Part shown: in pieces, positions 56,921 through 64,000 of the stretch
Layout of the letters: the number at the start of each line of letters is the position of its first letter
Position numbering within the stretch: position 1 is the first letter of the stretch
DNA from: Bugula neritina
Taxonomy: Eukaryota; Animalia; Bryozoa
Length of the DNA stretch: 64,000 nt
Assembly (NCBI GenBank): GCA_964035545.1
Contig: OZ037772.1
Span: 6,742,889 to 6,806,888, forward strand
Direction of reading: 5' to 3'
The notes under the pieces: generated by a model
Told to the model about the DNA's origin: nothing
The model's database searches: none
Seen by the model: the letters and a program-made list of their open reading frames with translations, nothing else
Position numbers and translations under genes: made by a program

Positions 56921-58562
56921 GAAAAAACTGTATAGTTTTAATACTTGCTGCTCTATAGTAACTATACATACTATCTACATGTATATGATATAGCACTTGA
57001 ATTGTACATTTTGTTTTTGTTTCTGCAAGAATACAAGAGGAAACACCCCAATGAGTGCATGTATGACACATAAGATGTTGAGATCAAATTTCCTAATGTA
57101 AACATCACTGGCATCTTTGATGTGAAACTATTATCAATTATTTAATGAACTGTAGACACACTTTAAAGCTTCATGCTTTTGAACTACTAGCTATAACTTC
57201 ATAGTTGATATGCATATAATTTGCTATAAAATGCACTGGAGTTAGCATAAATTGTTCAGTTGTTGTATATAAATACAAATAAAGAAAAATCTATGTTTAT
57301 AATTATGTGTTACCATATCAGTCACAAAATTATTATTGCTTTGGATTTGAATTATGTTATAAACTATTCATTTTATTTTCTAACTGGATTAAAACTTTAT
57401 ATCTATTGTATGTAAATATATCATAGAACCTTAAAGCATAACCCTAATAATTTCAAAGTAGAAACCTGTTATAATTTACATTAGGTGCTTGTGATATGAC
57501 ATTGTAGTGCAGCACTAGATAACTGCGTCGTGGTTGTGGTGGTAACCTGATAACTCAATTCACCAGCTCTTTTCAGTAGTTCCTTATTGTATGCAAATAG
57601 GCAGCTGCCTTTCTAGTTGTGATGAGTATATTTTTCTGTTTGACAGATGCATGTGACGTTTGAATCAGGTTGCAATTGTTGGAAATTTGCCAAGATGTTG
57701 TCATATCATATCAGCATCTCTATATTTTAGAAAAAAAACAGTGAAGCTGTCATGTGTAGTAGGCTAGTTATAGAGAAGAGAGTCCAGAATCATTCAACAA
57801 AGGTGCATGAGATGTTAGTTTGCAGCCAGACTATGTAAACCATGCAAAAACTTGAGTTTACATAAATAAACCAGTAAAAAGTTTGATAGCAGTTTGACTA
57901 CAATTGTGTTATTATAGAGAGAGGAAGATGTAGACATTACATTACATGAGGTACCACAATCCTTCTAACATATTCTAAAAAGGTGTGAAATTTTTATAGT
58001 ATTGCTAGTCTAGTGTACATGTAGTTTTGAAATATATAGAACAATCGACTCTGACTTTTATGTCAGCAGGGCCGTACCAACCATACATTATGGCAGTTTG
58101 TCTCTGATAGAGAATGTATAAGCACTTGGAAACTAATGCAAGTAATCAAAGTACTTAACATATAACAGTATATACTACATAACTGCTTGAGAGAGCCTCT
58201 CACCCAGTTTCACAAATGAACTGACACCAACTTAGTTAATATGTTAGAGAAATAATAATTGGTACAACCCAGGAGTATAGGCATATTATATTCCAGAGAT
58301 TACAATAAGAAGGATGTACAGTATAGATATAATTTTCACTGGTTAGTATGTATTTTGTTTATCGCACATGACACAAGTGTAATTGTAAGGTCTGGGAATT
58401 TGTTTATAGATGATAAAAATCAGTGTTCCAAAAACATGACCTTTTACACTCCTATTACGTTGTAAGGTCAACAGTGTTGCAGTTTCTGTATATATACAAA
58501 TATGACCTATTTTAACATTATGATGAATTGAGCTTTGATCACATTATGCAATATGCAATGGC

Positions 58563-58676
58563 TATATAAAATGATTGGTAGAATGAAATGAAACTTCATT
58601 TTGTTTACAGCTCTACACACTACTCTGCTAGTATAACTACACTCTACCTACTACAGCACTAAATGAAAAGGTGAGT
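58563..58676 (+). promoter_or_regulatory. Cassette 2 of 5 upstream of copy 4
   Basis: TATATAAAA 58563; GAAATGAAACT 58585-58595; TCATTT with A at 58598; donor AAG|GTGAGT at 58671. Confidence 0.62.
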
Positions 58677-59549
58677 AAAGACCAATTTAGTCTGCTATAT
58701 ATTTGTTAGAGCTAGAAAAACATTGTAGAAATTTTTTTTTGTTGCTGGTACATATTTTGCATGCTCGTTGTATTAAAGCATAACCATGTAGGGTGCTATA
58801 TATTTGATAAAAAAGTTATTTTTTTCTTATTGTAACTCAATGTGTTTCGTTGGTTTTTTAGGATCAAATTCATTTTGATAGATTGTGAATTAGCATGTAC
58901 TGACGTAGCTGTGATCTAAGATTCAGCAACTAGCTTCAATCAGTAGTTATACAGATGGATATTTTTAGGTTATATTGAATGTCCATAAAAAATAATGCGC
59001 TTTTAGAAATTGCATAAATATTATCCCCCTGGTGATATTTCACGCTCAGTCTCGCTGACTTAAACCTTTACTGTAATTATACACATAATTATCGCAGTCA
59101 TTTGCTGGCAAACGTCATTATTCATTTCTCTATTTGTAAGCTCTTTTACCCAACTTTCTTGCACTGCATTGTGTGTCATGAATGCTTTATAATATGGATA
59201 GCATATGAAACATGGATTTGCTGTATGATATGGTGAATTATTGTCTGTTTTGGTATAAAATACAAATTAACCGTGCACCGTTTTTGAACATGGAAACCTG
59301 TGAATTCAAAACTAATCAATTATTTATTTGCACTGTGGATCAGCATCTCAATCATTACATTAGTTTAAGGTTTATTTACGTTCATAGAATATTATGCTAA
59401 TAGTAGTAATTCTCCTTTTTGTGGATGCTGAATATTATCAACTTGCAAATCAGTTTCAATGGCTGTCTAGGCTGCGGAATCCCCTATAGTTATTTTGTAA
59501 TCTATTCTCATATTGTAGTGCAACTAATGTAGTTATGCTCAGAGCACAT

Positions 59550-59721
59550 GCTATTGAATCAGTAAAATGAAACTGCCTGTTACTCCCCCTGCCCTTTGCT
59601 CACTCAACTACTTACTGCCCTAGCATACTGACCTACTAACTACTGCCTCCCTTCACTACTTATTGCTGCTTCAGTTCAACCATCTACTATAGCTACTGAA
59701 TTATCGCATACAAAGGTGAGC
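59550..59721 (+). promoter_or_regulatory. Cassette 3 of 5 upstream of copy 4
   Basis: AAATGAAACT 59565-59574; TTACT with A at 59582; donor AAG|GTGAGC at 59716; TATA degenerate. Confidence 0.58.
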
Positions 59722-59803
59722 AGAAACCATGTTTTTTTAAATATCAATGGCTGACTGTGTAGTCTATATATATATAATATATGGGTTGCAAATGAGCAAA
59801 GGC

Positions 59804-59967
59804 TATGAAACTGCTGGAATGAAACTGCCTGTGACTCCCCCTGCCCTTTGCTCACTTAACTGCTTACTACTTTAGTATACTGACCTACTAACTACTGTAT
59901 TACTTCACTACTTATTACTCTAGTATAACCAAACACTACATACTACATCACTAATTGAAAGGTTTGT
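59804..59967 (+). promoter_or_regulatory. Cassette 4 of 5 upstream of copy 4
   Basis: TATGAAACTGCTGGAATGAAACTG 59804-59827; TGACT with A at 59834; donor AAG|GTTTGT at 59962. Confidence 0.55.
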
Positions 59968-60765
59968 AAAGGCCACTTCATTCTGCTATATCTTTACCTT
60001 GGCGATAAGTTAGAGCTACAAACAAGTTTTAGCAAATAGTTTTTGTTTCTGGCCCATATTTTGTATATGCTCATTGTAATAAAATGTAAACATGTAGCTA
60101 GGTTGCTAATTATTTGATAGTTCTTTCTGCCATATTGTACTTCGATGTGCTTTGTTGCCTTTTCTAGAATGATATCCATTTTGATGGATTGCATGTGAAT
60201 TAGGATGTATTGGCTTACATGTGATCTGAGATCCAACAACTAGATTCAATGTTTTTAGGTATTATTGTGTGTCCATAGAAAAAGTAATGCTTTTTGATGA
60301 TATAACAATGGTCATCTTAGACTCTACAGAGATATTCCATGCTCATTCTCTCTGAGTTGAACCTGTACTATAGTTACTCATAATTATTGCAGTCACGTGC
60401 TGGTAAATGTCATGATTCATTTCTCTATTTACTAACTTTCTCACATAATTTCCCTGCACTGAATTGTGTGTCATGACTGTTTTATGATATGGATAGCGTA
60501 GGTAACATACATTTGCTATATTATATGTTATTATTTTCTGTTTTGGTATAAAAATACTGATAAATAGTGCTGCACTGTTTTTGAATATGAAAAGCTGGAA
60601 ATTTAAAACTAATCAATTATTCATATGCAGTGTAGATCAGTATCTCAATCATCACATTGGTTTAAAGTTTAATTACATTCATAGAATAGTATACTAATAG
60701 TAGTAATTTTCCTGTTTTTGATGTTGATGTAAAATACAAATCAGTTTCAATGTATGTTCAGCCTG

Positions 60766-60776
60766 GGGGAATCCCC
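60766..60776. promoter_or_regulatory. NF-kB-like palindrome GGGGAATCCCC
   Basis: Matches the Rel/NF-kB consensus, ~85 bp upstream of the IRF-like motif of the proximal cassette. Paralogous degenerate site GCGGAATCCCC at ~59474. Confidence 0.45.
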
Positions 60777-60844
60777 TATAATTCTTTTGTAATCTATACT
60801 CATATTGTTATAGTGGTACTAACATAGTTATGCTCAGAGCACAT

Positions 60845-61008
60845 GCCATTGAATCAATGAAGCGAAACTGCCTGTCACTCTCCCTGCCTTTTGCTTACTT
60901 CACTACTTACTACTCTAATATACTGACCTACTAACCACTGTATCACTTCACCACTTACTGCTCCAGTGTAACCACGTCTAACTTTAGCTACTACATTTAC
61001 TAGTGAGT
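60845..61008 (+). promoter_or_regulatory. Cassette 5 of 5, proximal to copy 4
   Basis: GAAGCGAAACTG 60859-60870; TCACT with A at 60877; donor TA|GTGAGT at 61003. Confidence 0.58.
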
Positions 61009-61363
61009 AAAAGCATATTTTCTTTACTCTGTTTCATATTAATAAATACTAAATAGTGTGATAGAGTAGTAGTAGAGTGGCAGTTGAGTTTTTCTAGTTG
61101 CTTATTCATTATAATAAAAACTTTTGCTACTAGAAACGTGTAAACTTTATAGTTCAGCAAGCACAGTAAATAGAATTTGCTCTGTTTTAAAAACTTGCAA
61201 TAGTATATAGGCTATTTTAGCATTGTGTGTGGTGTTAGATATGGTGAGCTGGTTTGTTCTATGAGATATTTATTTCTGTATCTATAATTGTTTATTTCGT
61301 AATTTATATATGCTTGGAAATCAGTACTTTTGTGTATGCTTGTACTAGCATGTGCTTAGGTGT

Positions 61364-61748
<385 letters not shown>

Positions 61749-61907
61749 CACTCTCGTTCTTCCTTTAAAAGTCATTCTATTTTAGTATACTGTGTTCTCT
61801 TTTTCTTTATATGGTCTCCTATTTTCTCTGTGCTTCACATGAGCTGTATGCTTTGCCATTATTATTTTCCACAAAATATAAAAGTTTATTCACGTTGAAA
61901 TTTCAAG

Positions 61908-63459
61908 ATGGCTGCCCAGCAACTACCTGAATGGTATGAATGTGGTTATTGTGTCTCTAAGAGAGATGACATGAGAGATCCAAGAGAGCTGCCTTGTCAG
62001 CATGTATTCTGTTTGAGTTGTATTCAAGGACATTACAGCAAACATAGAACTGTGACATGCCCTGCTTGTGGGTGAGTAGAAACTATTCAACGTATACTAG
62101 AATGATATTTCCTAAGTTTGTCCAAACAATTATTTTATATTTTCTAAAGCCTTCTGAAGCTATTGTAGATGTGCTAGATACTTTGCAAGCTCATCTTGAG
62201 TAATAATAGTTATATGCAGTGTCATCTCAAAACATGTAATGCAGTAAAAGCTATACCAATAATGGTGGTTTTATAATGCTTTTCATATTTATTGTTATTA
62301 AAAAAAAAAAATTCATTTTTAAAGCCCTGCTGATAGCAATAATTTCTATAATTTTATTGCTGATGGTGGTCATGTATTCAAATCCAGCCTAGGAGTCGTT
62401 TGTATATTATTTTTGAAATTGTTCACATATTGAATGTCATGTTGTATGTTATACTGGAAGCATCATGGGCTATAATGAAATTATTACAGACAAGTGTATG
62501 GCTCACTGAAGTTTGAAGAATTACCTAAGGTTGCCATAGCAACTGGTCAATCTAGTACTCTGTACTGTACAGCTCATGGATGTCAAGGTCAAATAGCTAC
62601 ATGTTACTGTGTAAAGTGTGAAGTTATGTTCTGTACTCAACATCAACAGGTATGTTATACCTCAACCACTGCATCTCCAAATTCCAAGGCCAGGAATCAG
62701 TACAGTATTGTGTTACTTGTAAATATCTGTTTTGTTTTTAACATCAACAGGTAAAATGATGCACGCGCAAATTTATAGTAAATTTCTTAGATGTTACACT
62801 CCAAAGCTATACACATGTACACACACACGCACACATACACGCATACACACGCACAAATGCGCACACAGGGGCCCCGAAATGCACACACACGCACACACAT
62901 GCGCACACACACGTTCACACACACATACACATACATATGCACACACACATACACACTTACACGGTTGAACACTTACACACACACACCCACACCTAGTATA
63001 TGAATTATACACGATTGCTACACACATGCACACACACATGCACACACACATGCACACACACTCATGCAGACATACAAATGCCCAAAGGCATGTATGTGGA
63101 GACATTTGTGTGTGAGTGCAAGTATATGTATATGTGTATTTGCATGTGCAAGTGTGTCTCAACTTTCTTTTACATTGTTTTATTTTCAAACTTTTGGATA
63201 CTGCTTCAAATAAAAATATTGGAGTTATATAGTTATCTATTTATGTTAGATTCAAACAAAATATGTTTTTAATTTTAGGCACACAAAGCAATGTATGGTG
63301 AGTTTCACAAGGTAGTGGACATTGATGTCTACAAGAGATCACCTGCCAGCTACAATAAACCAACATGTGAACATCATCAAGAGGTTCTGGTGAGAGCTTG
63401 TAAGAAATGTGACAAACTGATCTGCTTTGAGTGTGAGATTGATGGCTATGACTGCACAG
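61908..63459 (+). CDS. TRIM-like copy 4, 5' part (RING, B-box1, B-box2); continues beyond the window
   Basis: Exons 61908-62071, 62490-62649, 63279-63459, same lengths as in the other copies. Intron 3 (near-identical to copy 2) runs to the window end. Confidence 0.88.
62810..63062. repeat. Compound (CA)n repeat, intron 2 of copy 4
   Basis: One anchor plus CA-rich arrays. Confidence 0.88.
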
Positions 63460-64000
63460 GTATGTAAAATAGTGTTCACATATATAACCGAAAAGTAAAA
63501 TTGAAAGTATTGCTTCATGGTTGCAATACAGAGTACAATTTCACCTAATAAAACTAACAAAATTGCTATATTATAGTTTTTGCAGTTTATCTAAATAATA
63601 TAAAATCATTATAAAAATAAAGTTGCAAGATTTTTTGTCATCTACTGATCTGTAGATGAACATTAGGTGTGTATTTTAGCTAAAAACAAATTGTGTTAGC
63701 AATGCAGTGTATCTTTTGATTTAACAGTCATTTTGTGCCAACTTTCTATGAGCTCAGCAGTAGTTGTGTAGATTTACAAGACTATTTGACAATAAGGTTT
63801 AATAAGGTTTAATAAGCCCTTTAGCCAAACTGATCTTTAATAATTTATTTTACAGTTATACTTAAATGAATAATCGATTACTTGATGTTTGCAAGTGAGT
63901 GATGGAAATTTATACTAGACAATTTCCTTTTACGTTTTACATGATGTCAAAAATACTAAAAATGGAAAGGCAGTATATATAGGGTGATGGGTTTTATTTG

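Larger units (their letters stand above)
55620..58680 (+). repeat. Older ~1.85 kb direct duplication (55620-56900 versus 57480-58680)
   Basis: Shared blocks TTGAATCAG..TTGTTGGAAATTTGCCAA, CAGTGAAGCT, CAGCCAGACTA and CAGTGTT..AAAA..TGACCTT..ACACTCCTA; each unit ends in a promoter cassette. Confidence 0.65.
58680..61005 (+). repeat. ~1.28 kb direct tandem duplication (58680-59720 versus 59965-61005)
   Basis: Co-linear similarity, e.g. AAAACTAATCAATTAT, GGAATCCCCTATA and AGTTATGCTCAGAGCACATGC in both units. Confidence 0.8.

Overview
AT-rich, intron-containing animal (invertebrate-like) genomic DNA; the species cannot be determined from sequence alone. The window holds a + strand tandem array of four paralogous TRIM-type genes (RING C3HC4 - B-box1 - B-box2 - coiled coil - C-terminal NHL-like beta-propeller) with 7 coding exons each. 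Copy 1 (11931-19080, 593 aa) and copy 2 (32926-39889, 595 aa) are intact. Copy 3 (43049-50214) has a 4-bp frameshift in exon 5. Copy 4 starts at 61908 and runs off the window. Upstream of each gene are 1-5 copies of a ~150-190 bp non-coding cassette: TATA-like box, IRF/ISRE-like (A/G)AANGAAACT, initiator, leader exon, 5' splice donor. These look like banks of alternative, probably immune-inducible first exons that splice to an acceptor directly abutting the ATG. RING/B-box exons are nearly invariant between paralogs, while the propeller exon varies in clusters. Also present: two decayed copies of one Gypsy LTR retrotransposon (one insertion into a leader exon, duplicated with the gene unit; tRNA-Leu PBS, GTAT TSD, extra coiled-coil ORF), a Penelope-like fragment with a minimal hammerhead ribozyme, a hAT element, several MITE-like elements, F-type lectin relics and many microsatellites. 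All coordinates and counts were made by hand.
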